A DNA stretch of 64,000 bases from positions 62,001-126,000 of the forward strand of contig OZ059899.1 in the NCBI GenBank assembly GCA_964057225.1, given 5' to 3'. Shown piece by piece: positions 12,101-27,900 of this stretch. The position numbers and the translations under genes are program-made. Within the stretch, counting starts at the first letter, position 1. Each line of letters begins with the position of its first letter. Source of the DNA: Auanema rhodensis (Eukaryota > Animalia > Nematoda). The notes beneath the pieces are model-generated. The model saw only the letters and a program-made list of their open reading frames with translations. It ran no database searches and was not told the origin of the DNA.

Positions 12101-14960
12101 GCGAGTTACATACCAAGTGCACATCACGTGTACATTTAATTAGCATAAATTAAAGTTCACGTAAAATTCAAAGTCATGGTTACCATGCACCAATATCAAT
12201 AAAAATTTGTTTTTAGACTAATATGGACATGGGGAATCTAATTTTGAAAACCGCATCTCTTTATCTTTTACGTGAAGCGAGTTACATACCAAGTGCACAT
12301 CACGTGTACATTTAATTAGCATAAATTAAAGTTCACGTAAAATTCAAAGTCATGGTTACCATGCACCAATATCAATAAAAATTTGTTTTTAGACTAATAT
12401 GGACATGGAGAATCTAATTTTGAAAACCGCATCTCTTTATCTTTTACGTGAAGCGAGTTACATACCAAGTGCACATCACGTGTACATTTAATTAGCATAA
12501 ATTAAAGTTCACGTAAAATTCAAAGTCATGGTTACCATGCACCAATATCAATAAAAATTTGTTTTTAGACTAATATGGACATGGGGAATCTAATTTTGAA
12601 AACCGCATCTCTTTATCTTTTACGTGAAGCGAGTTACATACCAAGTGCACATCACGTGTACATTTAATTAGCATAAATTAAAGTTCACGTAAATTTCAAA
12701 GTCATGGTTACCATGAACCAATATCAATAAAAATTTGTTTTTAGACTAATATGGACATGGGGAATCTGATTTTGAAAACCGCATCTCTTTATCTTTCAAG
12801 TGAAGCGAGTTACATACCAAGTGCACATCACGTGTACATTTAATTAGCATAAATTAAAGTTCACGTAAAATTCAAAGTCATGGTTACCATGCACCAATAT
12901 CAATAAAAATTTGTTTTTAGACTAATATGGACATGGGGAATCTAATTTTGAAAACCGCATCTCTTTATCTTTTACGTGAAGCGAGTTACATACCAAGTGC
13001 ACATCACGTGTACATTTAATTAGCATAAATTAAAGTTCACGTAAAATTCAAAGTCATGGTTACCATGCACCAATATCAATAAAAATTTGTTTTTAGACTA
13101 ATATGGACATGGGGAATCTAATTTTGAAAACCGCATCTCTTTATCTTTCATGTGAAGCGAGTTACATACCAAGTGCACATCACGTGTACATTTAATTAGC
13201 ATAAATTAAAGTTCACGTAAATTTCAAAGTCATGGTTACCATGCACCAATATCAATAAAAATTTGTTTTCAGACTAATATGGACATGGGGAATCTAATTT
13301 TGAAAACCGCATCTCTTTATCTTTCACGTGAAGCGAGTTACATACCAAGTGCACATCACGTGTACATTTAATTAGCATAAATTAAAGTTCACGTAAATTT
13401 CAAAGTCATGGTTACCATGCACCAATATCAATAAAAATTTGTTTTTAGACTAATATGGACATGGGGAATCTAATTTTGAAAACCGCATCTCTTTATCTTT
13501 CACGTGAAGCGAGTTACATACCAAGTGCACATCACGTGTACATTTAATTAGCATAAATTAAAGTTCACGTAAATTTCAAAGTCATGGTTACCATGAACCA
13601 ATATCAATAAAAATTTGTTTTTAGACTAATATGGACATGGGGAATCTGATTTTGAAAACCGCATCTCTTTATCTTTCAAGTGAAGCGAGTTACATACCAA
13701 GTGCACATCACGTGTACATTTAATTAGCATAAATTAAAGTTCACGTAAAATTCAAAGTCATGGTTACCATGCACCAATATCAATAAAAATTTGTTTTTAG
13801 ACTAATATGGACATGGGGAATCTAATTTTGAAAACCGCATCTCTTTATCTTTTACGTGAAGCGAGTTACATACCAAGTGCACATCACGTGTACATTTTAT
13901 TAGCATAAATTAAAGTTCACGTAAATTTCAAAGTCATGGTTACCATGAACCAATATCAATAAAAATTTGTTTTTAGACTAATATGGACATGGGGAATCTA
14001 ATTTTGAAAACCGCATCTCTTTATCTTTCACGTGAAGCGAGTTACATATCAAGTGCACATCACGTGTACATTTAATTAGCATAAATTAAAGTTCACGTAA
14101 AATTCAAAGTCATGGTTACCATGCACCAATATCAATAAAAATTTGTTTTTAGACTAATATGGACATGGGGAATCTAATTTTGAAAACCGCATCTCTTTAT
14201 CTTTCATGTGAAGCGGGTTACATACCAAGTGCACATCACGTGTACATTTAATTAGCATAAATTAAAGTTCACGTAAATTTCAAAGTCATGGTTACCATGC
14301 ACCAATATCAATAAAAATTTGTTTTCAGACTAATATGGACATGGGGAATCTAATTTTGAGAACCGCATCTCTTTATCTTTCACGTGAAGCGAGTTACATA
14401 CCAAGTGCACATCACGTGTACATTTAATTAGCATAAATTAAAGTTCACGTAAATTTCAAAGTCATGGTTACCATGCACCAATATCAATAAAAATTTGTTT
14501 TTAGACTAATATGGACATGGGGAATCTAATTTTGAAAACCGCATCTCTTTATCTTTCACGTGAAGCGAGTTACATACCAAGTGCACATCACGTGTACATT
14601 TAATTAGCATAAATTAAAGTTCACGTAAATTTCAAAGTCATGGTTACCATGAACCAATATCAATAAAAATTTGTTTTTAGACTAATATGGACATGGGGAA
14701 TCTGATTTTGAAAACCGCATCTCTTCATCTTTCACGTGAAGCGAGTTACATACCAAGTGCACATCACGTGTACATTTAATTAGCATAAACTAAAGTTCAC
14801 GTAAATTTCAAAGTCATGGTTACCATGAACCAATATCAATAAAAATTTGTTTTTAGACTAATATGGACATGGGGAATCTAATTTTGAAAACCGCATCTCT
14901 TTATCTTTCACGTGAAGCGAGTTACATACCAAGTGCACATCACGTGTACATTTAATTAGC

Positions 14961-17776
14961 ATAAATTAAAGTTCACGTAAAATTCAAAGTCATGGTTACC
15001 ATGCACCAATATCAATAAAAATTTGTTTTTAGACTAATATGGACATGGGGAATCTAATTTTGAAAACCGCATCTCTTTATCTTTCATGTGAAGCGAGTTA
15101 CATACCAAGTGCACATCACGTGTACATTTAATTAGCATAAATTAAAGTTCACGTAAATTTCAAAGTCATGGTTACCATGCACCAATATCAATAAAACTTT
15201 GTTTTCAGACTAATATGGACATGGGGAATCTAATTTTGAAAACCGCATCTCTTTATCTTTCACGTGAAGCGAGTTACATACCAAGTGCACATCACGTGTA
15301 CATTTAATTAGCATAAATTAAAGTTCATGTAAATTTCAAAGTCATGGTTACCATGCACCAATATCAATAAAAATTTGTTTTTAGACTAATATCGACATGG
15401 GGAATCTAATTTTGAAAACCGCATCTCTTTATCTTTCACGTGAAGCGAGTTACATACCAAGTGCACATCACGTGTACATTTAATTAGCATAAACTAAAGT
15501 TCACGTAAATTTCAAAGGCATGGTTACCATGAACCAATATCAATAAAAATTTGTTTTTAGACTAATATGGACATGGGGAATCTAATTTTGAAAACCGCAT
15601 CTCTTTATCTTTCACGTGAAGCGAGTTACATACCAAGTGCACATCACGTGTACATTTAATTAGCATAAATTAAAGTTCACGTAAATTTCAAAGTCATGGT
15701 TACCATGAAGCAATATCAATAAAAATTTGTTTTTAGACTAATATGGACATGGGGAATCTAATTTTGAAAACCGCATCTCTTTATCTTTCACGTGAAGCGA
15801 GTTACATACCAAGTGCACATCACGTGTACATTTAATTAGCATAAATTAAAGTTCACGTAAAATTCAAAGTCATGGTTACCATGCACCAATATCAATAAAA
15901 ATTTGTTTTTAGACTAATATGGACATGGGGAATCTAATTTTGAAAACCGCATCTCTTTATCTTTTACGTGAAGCAAGTTACATACCAAGTGCACATCACG
16001 TGTACATTTAATTAGCATAAATTAAAGTTCACGTAAATTTCAAAGTCATGGTTACCATGCACCAATATCAATAAAAATTTGTTTTTAGACTAATATGGAC
16101 ATGGGGAATCTAATTTTGAAAACCGCATCTCTTTATCTTTTACGTGAAGCGAGTTACATACCAAGTGCACATCACGTGTACATTTAATTAGCATAAATTA
16201 AAGTTCACGTAAAATTCAAAGTCATGGTTACCATGCACCAATATCAATAAAAATTTGTTTTTAGACTAATATGGACATGGGGAATCTAATTTTGAAAACC
16301 GCATCTCTTTATCTTTTACGTGAAGCGAGTTACATACCAAGTGCACATCACGTGTACATTTAATTAGCATAAATTAAAGTTCACGTAAAATTCAAAGTCA
16401 TGGTTACCATGCACCAATATCAATAAAAATTTGTTTTTAGACTAATATGGACATGGGGAATCTAATTTTGAAAACCGCATCTCTTTATCTTTCATGTGAA
16501 GCGAGTTACATACCAAGTGCACATCACGTGTACATTTAATTAGCATAAATTAAAGTTCACGTAAATTTCAAAGTCATGGTTACCATGCACCAATATCAAT
16601 AAAACTTTGTTTTCAGACTAATATGGACATGGGGAATCTAATTTTGAAAACCGCATCTCTTTATCTTTCACGTGAAGCGAGTTACATACCAAGTGCACAT
16701 CACGTGTACATTTAATTAGCATAAATTAAAGTTCATGTAAATTTCAAAGTCATGGTTACCATGCACCAATATCAATAAAAATTTGTTTTTAGACTAATAT
16801 CGACATGGGGAATCTAATTTTGAAAACCGCATCTCTTTATCTTTCACGTGAAGCGAGTTACATACCAAGTGCACATCACGTGTACATTTAATTAGCATAA
16901 ACTAAAGTTCACGTAAATTTCAAAGGCATGGTTACCATGAACCAATATCAATAAAAATTTGTTTTTAGACTAATATGGACATGGGGAATCTAATTTTGAA
17001 AACCGCATCTCTTTATCTTTCACGTGAAGCGAGTTACATACCAAGTGCACATCACGTGTACATTTAATTAGCATAAATTAAAGTTCACGTAAATTTCAAA
17101 GTCATGGTTACCATGAAGCAATATCAATAAAAATTTGTTTTTAGACTAATATGGACATGGGGAATCTAATTTTGAAAACCGCATCTCTTTATCTTTCACG
17201 TGAAGCGAGTTACATACCAAGTGCACATCACGTGTACATTTAATTAGCATAAATTAAAGTTCACGTAAAATTCAAAGTCATGGTTACCATGCACCAATAT
17301 CAATAAAAATTTGTTTTTAGACTAATATGGACATGGGGAATCTAATTTTGAAAACCGCATCTCTTTATCTTTTACGTGAAGCAAGTTACATACCAAGTGC
17401 ACATCACGTGTACATTTAATTAGCATAAATTAAAGTTCACGTAAATTTCAAAGTCATGGTTACCATGCACCAATATCAATAAAAATTTGTTTTTAGACTA
17501 ATATGGACATGGGGAATCTAATTTTGAAAACCGCATCTCTTTATCTTTTACGTGAAGCGAGTTACATACCAAGTGCACATCACGTGTACATTTAATTAGC
17601 ATAAATTAAAGTTCACGTAAAATTCAAAGTCATGGTTACCATGCACCAATATCAATAAAAATTTGTTTTTAGACTAATATGGACATGGGGAATCTAATTT
17701 TGAAAACCGCATCTCTTTATCTTTTACGTGAAGCGAGTTACATACCAAGTGCACATCACGTGTACATTTAATTAGC
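14961..17776 (+). repeat. Tandem 2 x 8-monomer (1408 bp) higher-order repeat
   Basis: The same ordered variant string occurs at 14961-16368 and 16369-17776: [T22A,C127T][A61C,T70C][C16T,G81C][T6C,T30G,C44A][C44A,C46G][T22A,C125T,G135A][C125T][T22A,C125T]. Confidence 0.9.
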
Positions 17777-20700
17777 ATAAATTAAAGTTCACGTAAATTT
17801 CAAAGTCATGGTTACCATGAACCAATATCAATAAAAATTTGTTTTTAGACTAATATGGACATGGGGAATCTAATTTTGAAAACCGCATCTCTTTATCTTT
17901 CACGTGAAGCGAGTTACATACCAAGTGCACATCACGTGTACATTTAATTAGCATAAATTAAAGTTCACGTAAATTTCAAAGTCATGGTTACCATGAACCA
18001 ATATCAATAAAAATTTGTTTTTAGACTAATATGGACATGGGGAATCTAATTTTGAAAACCGCATCTCTTTATCTTTCACGTGAAGCGAGTTACATACCAA
18101 GTGCACATCACGTGTACACTTAATTAGCATAAATTAAAGTTCACGTAAAATTCAAAGTCATGGTTACCATGCACCAATATCAATAAAAATTTGTTTTTAG
18201 ACTAATATGGACATGGGGAATCTAATTTTGAAAACCGCATCTCTTTATCTTTTACGTGAAGCGAGTTACATACCAAGTGCACATCACGTGTACACTTAAT
18301 TAGCATAAATTAAAGTTCACGTAAAATTCAAAGTCATGGTTACCATGCACCAATATCAATAAAAATTTGTTTTTAGACTAATATGGACATGGGGAATCTA
18401 ATTTTGAAAACCGCATCTCTTTATCTTTCACGTGAAGCGAGTTACATACCAAGTGCACATCACGTGTACACTTAATTAGCATAAATTAAAGTTCACGTAA
18501 AATTCAAAGTCATGGTTACCATGCACCAATATCAATAAAAATTTGTTTTTAGACTAATATGGACATGGGGAATCTAATTTTGAAAACCGCATCTCTTTAT
18601 CTTTTACGTGAAGCGAGTTACATACCAAGTGCACATCACGTGTACATTTAATTAGCATAAATTAAAGTTCACGTAAATTTCAAAGTCATGGTTACCATGA
18701 ACCAATATCAATAAAAATTTGTTTTTAGACTAATATGGACATGGGGAATCTAATTTTGAAAACCGCATCTCTTTATCTTTCACGTGAAGCGAGTTACATA
18801 CCAAGTGCACATCACGTGTACATTTAATTAGCATAAATTAAAGTTCACGTAAATTTCAAAGTCATGGTTACCATGCACCAATATCAATAAAAATTTGTTT
18901 TTAGACTAATATGGACATGGGGAATCTAATTTTGAAAACCGCATCTCTTTATCTTTTACGTGAAGCGAGTTACATACCAAGTGCACATCACGTGTACATT
19001 TAATTAGCATAAATTAAAGTTCACGTAAATTTCAAAGTCATGGTTACCATGAACCAATATCAATAAAAATTTGTTTTTAGACTAATATGGACATGGGGAA
19101 TCTAATTTTGAAAACCGCATTTCTTTATCTTTCACGTGAAGCGAGTTACATACCAAGTGCACATCACGTGTACATTTAATTAGCATAAATTAAAGTTCAC
19201 GTAATTTTCAAAGTCATGGTTACCATGCACCAATATCAATAAAAATTTGTTTTTAGACTAATATGGACATGGGGAATCTAATTTTGAAAACCGCATCTCT
19301 TTATCTTTCACGTGAAGCGAGTTACATACCAAGTGCACATCACGTGTACATTTAATTAGCATAAATTAAAGTTCATGTAAATTTCAAAGTCATGGTTACC
19401 ATGCACCAATATCAATAAAAATTTGTTTTTAGACTAATATCGACATGGGGAATCTAATTTTGAAAACCGCATCTCTTTATCTTTCACGTGAAGCGAGTTA
19501 CATACCAAGTGCACATCACGTGTACATTTAATTAGCATAAACTAAAGTTCACGTAAAATTCAAAGTCATGGTTACCATGCACCAATATCAATAAAAATTT
19601 GTTTTTAGACTAATATGGACATGGGGAATCTAATTTTGAAAACCGCATCTCTTTATCTTTTACGTGAAGCGAGTTACATACCAAGTGCACATCACGTGTA
19701 CATTTAATTAGCATAAATTAAAGTTCACGTAAATTTCAAAGTCATGGTTACCATGAACCAATATCAATAAAAATTTGTTTTTAGACTAATATGGACATGG
19801 GAAATCTAATTTTGAAAACCGCATCTCTTTATCTTTCACGTGAAGCGAGTTACATACCAAGTGCACATCACGTGTACATTTAATTAGCATAAATTAAAGT
19901 TCACGTAAATTTCAAAGTCATGGTTACCATGCACCAATATCAATAAAAATTTGTTTTTAGACTAATATGGACATGGGGAATCTTATTTTGAAAACCGCAT
20001 CTCTTTATCTTTCACGTGAAGCGAGTTACATACCAAGTGCACATCACGTGTACATTTAATTAGCATAAATTAAAGTTCACGTAAATTTCAAAGTCATGGT
20101 TACCATGCACCAATATCAATAAAACTTTGTTTTCAGACTAATATGGACATGGGGAATCTAATTTTGAAAACCGCATCTCTTTATCTTTCACGTGAAGCGA
20201 GTTACATACCAAGTGCACATCACGTGTACATTTAATTAGCATAAATTAAAGTTCATGTAAATTTCAAAGTCATGGTTACCATGCACCAATATCAATAAAA
20301 ATTTGTTTTTAGACTAATATCGACATGGGGAATCTAATTTTGAAAACCGCATCTCTTTATCTTTCACGTGAAGCGAGTTACATACCAAGTGCACATCACG
20401 TGTACATTTAATTAGCATAAACTAAAGTTCACGTAAATTTCAAAGGCATGGTTACCATGAACCAATATCAATAAAAATTTGTTTTTAGACTAATATGGAC
20501 ATGGGGAATCTAATTTTGAAAACCGCATCTCTTTATCTTTCACGTGAAGCGAGTTACATACCAAGTGCACATCACGTGTACATTTAATTAGCATAAATTA
20601 AAGTTCACGTAAAATTCAAAGTCATGGTTACCATGCACCAATATCAATAAAAATTTGTTTTTAGACTAATATGGACATGGGGAATCTAATTTTGAAAACC

Positions 20701-21824
20701 GCATCTCTTTATCTTTCATGTGAAGCGAGTTACATACCAAGTGCACATCACGTGTACATTTAATTAGCATAAATTAAAGTTCACGTAAATTTCAAAGTCA
20801 TGGTTACCATGAACCAATATCAATAAAAATTTGTTTTTAGACTAATATGGACATGGGGAATCTAATTTTGAAAACCGCATTTCTTTATCTTTCACGTGAA
20901 GCGAGTTACATACCAAGTGCACATCACGTGTACATTTAATTAGCATAAATTAAAGTTCACGTAAATTTCAAAGTCATGGTTACCATGCACCAATATCAAT
21001 AAAACTTTGTTTTCAGACTAATATGGACATGGGGAATCTAATTTTGAAAACCGCATCTCTTTATCTTTCACGTGAAGCGAGTTACATACCAAGTGCACAT
21101 CACGTGTACATTTAATTAGCATAAATTAAAGTTCACGTAAATTTCAAAGTCATGGTTACCATGCACCAATATCAATAAAAATTTGTTTTTAGACTAATAT
21201 GGACATGGGGAATCTAATTTTGAAAACCGCATCTCTTTATCTTTTACGTGAAGCGAGTTACATACCAAGTGCACATCACGTGTACATTTAATTAGCATAA
21301 ATTAAAGTTCACGTAAATTTCAAAGTCATGGTTACCATGAACCAATATCAATAAAAATTTGTTTTTAGACTAATATGGACATGGGGAATCTAATTTTGAA
21401 AACCGCATCTCTTTATCTTTCACGTGAAGCGAGTTACATACCAAGTGCCCATCACGTGTACATTTAATTAGCATAAATTAAAGTTCACGTAAAATTCAAA
21501 GTCATGGTTACCATGCACCAATATCAATAAAAATTTGTTTTTAGACTAATATGGACATGGGGAATCTAATTTTGAAAACCGCATCTCTTTATCTTTTACG
21601 TGAAGCGAGTTACATACCAAGTGCACATCACGTGTACATTTTATTAGCATAAATTAAAGTTCACGTAAATTTCAAAGTCATGGTTACCATGAACCAATAT
21701 CAATAAAAATTTGTTTTTAGACTAATATGGACATGGGGAATCTAATTTTGAAAACCGCATCTCTTTATCTTTCACGTGAAGCGAGTTACATACCAAGTGC
21801 ACATCACGTGTACATTTAATTAGC

Positions 21825-21999
21825 ATAAATTAAAGTTCACGTAAACTCAAAGTCATGGTTACCATGCACCAATATCAATAAAAATTTGTTTTTAGACTAA
21901 TATGGACATGGGGAATCTAATTTGGAAAACCGCATCTCTTTATCTTTTACGTGAAGCGAGTTACATACCAAGTGCACATCACGTGTACATTTAATTAGC
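21825..21999 (+). repeat. 175-bp variant monomer (GTAAACTCAAAG instead of GTAAATTTCAAAG)
   Basis: Seen at 21841-21852. It shifts the array register by 1 bp, so the next monomer starts at 22000. Confidence 0.9.
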
Positions 22000-24900
22000 A
22001 TAAATTAAAGTTCACGTAAATTTCAAAGTCATGGTTACCATGAACCAATATCAATAAAAATTTGTTTTTAGACTAATATGGACATGGGGAATCTAATTTT
22101 GAAAACCGCATCTCTTTATCTTTCACGTGAAGCGAGTTACATACCAAGTGCACATCACGTGTACACTTAATTAGCATAAATTAAAGTTCACGTAAAATTC
22201 AAAGTCATGGTTACCATGCACCAATATCAATAAAAATTTGTTTTTAGACTAATATGGACATGGGGAATCTAATTTTGAAAACCGCATCTCTTTATCTTTT
22301 ACGTGAAGCGAGTTACATACCAAGTGCACATCACGTGTACATTTAATTAGCATAAATTAAAGTTCACGTAAATTTCAAAGTCATGGTTACCATGAACCAA
22401 TATCAATAAAAATTTGTTTTTAGACTAATATGGACATGGGGAATCTAATTTTGAAAACCGCATCTCTTTATCTTTCACGTGAAGCGAGTTACATACCAAG
22501 TGCACATCACGTGTACATTTAATTAGCATAAATTAAAGTTCACGTAAAATTCAAAGTCATGGTTACCATGAACCAATATCAATAAAAATTTGTTTTTAGA
22601 CTAATATGGACATGGGGAATCTAATTTTGAAAACCGCATCTCTTTATCTTTCACGTGAAGCGAGTTACATACCAAGTGCACATCACGTGTACATTTTATT
22701 AGCATAAATTAAAGTTCACGTAAATTTCAAAGTCATGGTTACCATGCACCAATATCAATAAAACTTTGTTTTCAGACTAATATGGACATGGGGAATCTAA
22801 TTTTGAAAACCGCATCTCTTTATCTTTCACGTGAAGCGAGTTACATACCAAGTGCACATCACGTGTACACTTAATTAGCATAAATTAAAGTTCACGTAAA
22901 ATTCAAAGTCATGGTTACCATGCACCAATATCAATAAAAATTTGTTTTTAGACTAATATGGACATGGGGAATCTAATTTTGAAAACCGCATCTCTTTATC
23001 TTTTACGTGAAGCGAGTTACATACCAAGTGCACATCACGTGTACATTTAATTAGCATAAATTAAAGTTCACGTAAATTTCAAAGTCATGGTTACCATGAA
23101 CCAATATCAATAAAAATTTGTTTTTAGACTAATATGGACATGGGGAATCTAATTTTGAAAACCGCATCTCTTTATCTTTCACGTGAAGCGAGTTACATAC
23201 CAAGTGCACATCACGTGTACATTTAATTAGCATAAATTAAAGTTCACGTAAAATTCAAAGTCATGGTTACCATGAACCAATATCAATAAAAATTTGTTTT
23301 TAGACTAATATGGACATGGGGAATCTAATTTTGAAAACCGCATCTCTTTATCTTTCACGTGAAGCGAGTTACATACCAAGTGCACATCACGTGTACATTT
23401 TATTAGCATAAATTAAAGTTCACGTAAATTTCAAAGTCATGGTTACCATGCACCAATATCAATAAAACTTTGTTTTCAGACTAATATGGACATGGGGAAT
23501 CTAATTTTGAAAACCGCATCTCTTTATCTTTCACGTGAAGCGAGTTACATACCAAGTGCACATCACGTGTACATTTAATTAACATAAATTAAAGTTCATG
23601 TAAATTTCAAAGTCATGGTTACCATGCACCAATATCAATAAAAATTTGTTTTTAGACTAATATCGACATGGGGAATCTAATTTTGAAAACCGCATCTCTT
23701 TATCTTTCACGTGAAGCGAGTTACATACCAAGTGCACATCACGTGTACATTTAATTAGCATAAACTAAAGTTCACGTAAATTTCAAAGTCATGGTTACCA
23801 TGAACCAATATCAATAAAAATTTGTTTTTAGACTAATATGGACATGGGGAATCTAATTTTGAAAACCGCATCTCTTTATCTTTCACGTGAAGCGAGTTAC
23901 ATACCAAGTGCACATCACGTGTACACTTAATTAGCATAAATTAAAGTTCACGTAAAATTCAAAGTCATGGTTACCATGCACCAATATCAATAAAAATTTG
24001 TTTTTAGACTAATATGGACATGGGGAATCTAATTTTGAAAACCGCATCTCTTTATCTTTTACGTGAAGCGAGTTACATACCAAGTGCACATCACGTGTAC
24101 ATTTAATTAGCATAAATTAAAGTTCACGTAAATTTCAAAGTCATGGTTACCATGCACCAATATCAATAAAAATTTGTTTTTAGACTAATATCGACATGGG
24201 GAATCTAATTTTGAAAACCGCATCTCTTTATCTTTCACGTGAAGCGAGTTACATACCAAGTGCACATCACGTGTACATTTAATTAGCATAAACTAAAGTT
24301 CACGTAAATTTCAAAGGCATGGTTACCATGAACCAATATCAATAAAAATTTGTTTTTAGACTAATATGGACATGGGGAATCTAATTTTGAAAACCGCATT
24401 TCTTTATCTTTCACGTGAAGCGAGTTACATACCAAGTGCACATCACGTGTACATTTAATTAGCATAAATTAAAGTTCACGTAAATTTCAAAGTCATGGTT
24501 ACCATGAAGCAATATCAATAAAAATTTGTTTTTAGACTAATATGGACATGGGGAATCTAATTTTGAAAACCGCATCTCTTTATCTTTTACGTGAAGCAAG
24601 TTACATACCAAGTGCACATCACGTGTACATTTAATTAGCATAAATTAAAGTTCACGTAAATTTCAAAGTCATGGTTACCATGCACCAATATCAATAAAAA
24701 TTTGTTTTTAGACTAATATGGACATGGGGAATCTAATTTTGAAAACCGCATCTCTTTATCTTTTACGTGAAGCGAGTTACATACCAAGTGCACATCACGT
24801 GTACATTTAATTAGCATAAGTTAAAGTTCACGTAAAATTCAAAGTCATGGTTACCATGCACCAATATCAATAAAAATTTGTTTTTAGACTAATATGGACA

Positions 24901-27900
24901 TGGGGAATCTAATTTTGAAAACCGCATCTCTTTATCTTTTACGTGAAGCGAGTTACATACCAAGTGCACATCACGTGTACATTTAATTAGCATAAATTAA
25001 AGTTCACGTAAATTTCAAAGTCATGGTTACCATGAACCAATATCAATAAAAATTTGTTTTTAGACTAATATGGACATGGGGAATCTGATTTTGAAAACCG
25101 CATCTCTTTATCTTTCACGTGAAGCGAGTTACATACCAAGTGCACATCACGTGTACATTTAATTAGCATAAATTAAAGTTCACGTAAAATTCAAAGTCAT
25201 GGTTACCATGCACCAATATCAATAAAAATTTGTTTTTAGACTAATATGGACATGGGGAATCTAATTTTGAAAACCGCATCTCTTTATCTTTTACGTGAAG
25301 CGAGTTACATACCAAGTGCACATCACGTGTACATTTTATTAGCATAAATTAAAGTTCACGTAAATTTCAAAGTCATGGTTACCATGAACCAATATCAATA
25401 AAAATTTGTTTTTAGACTAATATGGACATGGGGAATCTAATTTTGAAAACCGCATCTCTTTATCTTTCACGTGAAGCGAGTTACATACCAAGTGCACATC
25501 ACGTGTACATTTAATTAGCATAAATTAAAGTTCACGTAAAATTCAAAGTCATGGTTACCATGCACCAATATCAATAAAAATTTGTTTTTAGACTAATATG
25601 GACATGGGGAATCTAATTTGGAAAACCGCATCTCTTTATCTTTTACGTGAAGCGAGTTACATACCAAGTGCACATCACGTGTACATTTAATTAGCATAAA
25701 TTAAAGTTCACGTAAATTTCAAAGTCATGGTTACCATGAACCAATATCAATAAAAATTTGTTTTTAGACTAATATGGACATGGGGAATCTAATTTTGAAA
25801 ACCGCATCTCTTTATCTTTCACGTAAAGCGAGTTACATACCAAGTGCACATCACGTGTACACTTAATTAGCATAAATTAAAGTTCACGTAAAATTCAAAG
25901 TCATGGTTACCATGCACCAATATCAATAAAAATTTGTTTTTAGACTAATATGGACATGGGGAATCTAATTTTGAAAACCGCATCTCTTTATCTTTTACGT
26001 GAAGCGAGTTACATACCAAGTGCACATCACGTGTACATTTAATTAGCATAAATTAAAGTTCACGTAAATTTCAAAGTCATGGTTACCATGAACCAATATC
26101 AATAAAAATTTGTTTTTAGACTAATATGGACATGGGGAATCTAATTTTGAAAACCGCATCTCTTTATCTTTCACGTGAAGCGAGTTACATACCAAGTGCA
26201 CATCACGTGTACATTTAATTAGCATAAATTAAAGTTCACGTAAAATTCAAAGTCATGGTTACCATGAACCAATATCAATAAAAATTTGTTTTTAGACTAA
26301 TATGGACATGGGGAATCTAATTTTGAAAACCGCATCTCTTTATCTTTCACGTGAAGCGAGTTACATACCAAGTGCACATCACGTGTACATTTTATTAGCA
26401 TAAATTAAAGTTCACGTAAATTTCAAAGTCATGGTTACCATGCACCAATATCAATAAAAATTTGTTTTTAGACTAATATGGACATGGGGAATCTAATTTT
26501 GAAAACCGCATCTCTTTATCTTTCACGTGAAGCGAGTTACATACCAAGTGCACATCACGTGTACATTTAATTAGCATAAATTAAAGTTCATGTAAATTTC
26601 AAAGTCATGGTTACCATGCACCAATATCAATAAAAATTTGTTTTTAGACTAATATCGACATGGGGAATCTAATTTTGAAAACCGCATCTCTTTATCTTTC
26701 ACGTGAAGCGAGTTACATACCAAGTGCACATCACGTGTACATTTAATTAGCATAAACTAAAGTTCACGTAAATTTCAAAGTCATGGTTACCATGAACCAA
26801 TATCAATAAAAATTTGTTTTTAGACTAATATGGACATGGGGAATCTAATTTTGAAAACCGCATCTCTTTATCTTTCACGTGAAGCGAGTTACATACCAAG
26901 TGCACATCACGTGTACATTTAATTAGCATAAATTAAAGTTCACGTAAATTTCAAAGTCATGGTTACCATGAACCAATATCAATAAAAATTTGTTTTTAGA
27001 CTAATATGGACATGGGAAATCTAATTTTGAAAACCGCATCTCTTTATCTTTCACGTGAAGCGAGTTACATACCAAGTGCACATCACGTGTACATTTAATT
27101 AGCATAAATTAAAGTTCACGTAAATTTCAAAGTCATGGTTACCATGCACCAATATCAATAAAAATTTGTTTTTAGACTAATATGGACATGATGAATCTAA
27201 TTTTGAAAACCGCATCTCTTTATCTTTCACGTGAAGCGAGTTACATACCAAGTGCACATCACGTGTACATTTAATTAGCATAAATTAAAGTTCACGTAAA
27301 TTTCAAAGTCATGGTTACCATGCACCAATATCAATAAAACTTTGTTTTCAGACTAATATGGACATGGGGAATCTAATTTTGAAAACCGCATCTCTTTATC
27401 TTTCACGTGAAGCGAGTTACATACCAAGTGCACATCACGTGTACATTTAATTAGCATAAATTAAAGTTCATGTAAATTTCAAAGTCATGGTTACCATGCA
27501 CCAATATCAATAAAAATTTGTTTTTAGACTAATATCGACATGGGGAATCTAATTTTGAAAACCGCATCTCTTTATCTTTCACGTGAAGCGAGTTACATAC
27601 CAAGTGCACATCACGTGTACATTTAATTAGCATAAACTAAAGTTCACGTAAATTTCAAAGTCATGGTTACCATGAACCAATATCAATAAAAATTTGTTTT
27701 TAGACTAATATGGACATGAGGAATCTAATTTTGAAAACCGCATCTCTTTATCTTTCACGTGAAGCGAGTTACATACCAAGTGCACATCACGTGTACATTT
27801 AATTAGCATAAATTAAAGTTCACGTAAAATTCAAAGTCATGGTTACCATGCACCAATATCAATAAAAATTTGTTTTTAGACTAATATGGACATGGGGAAT

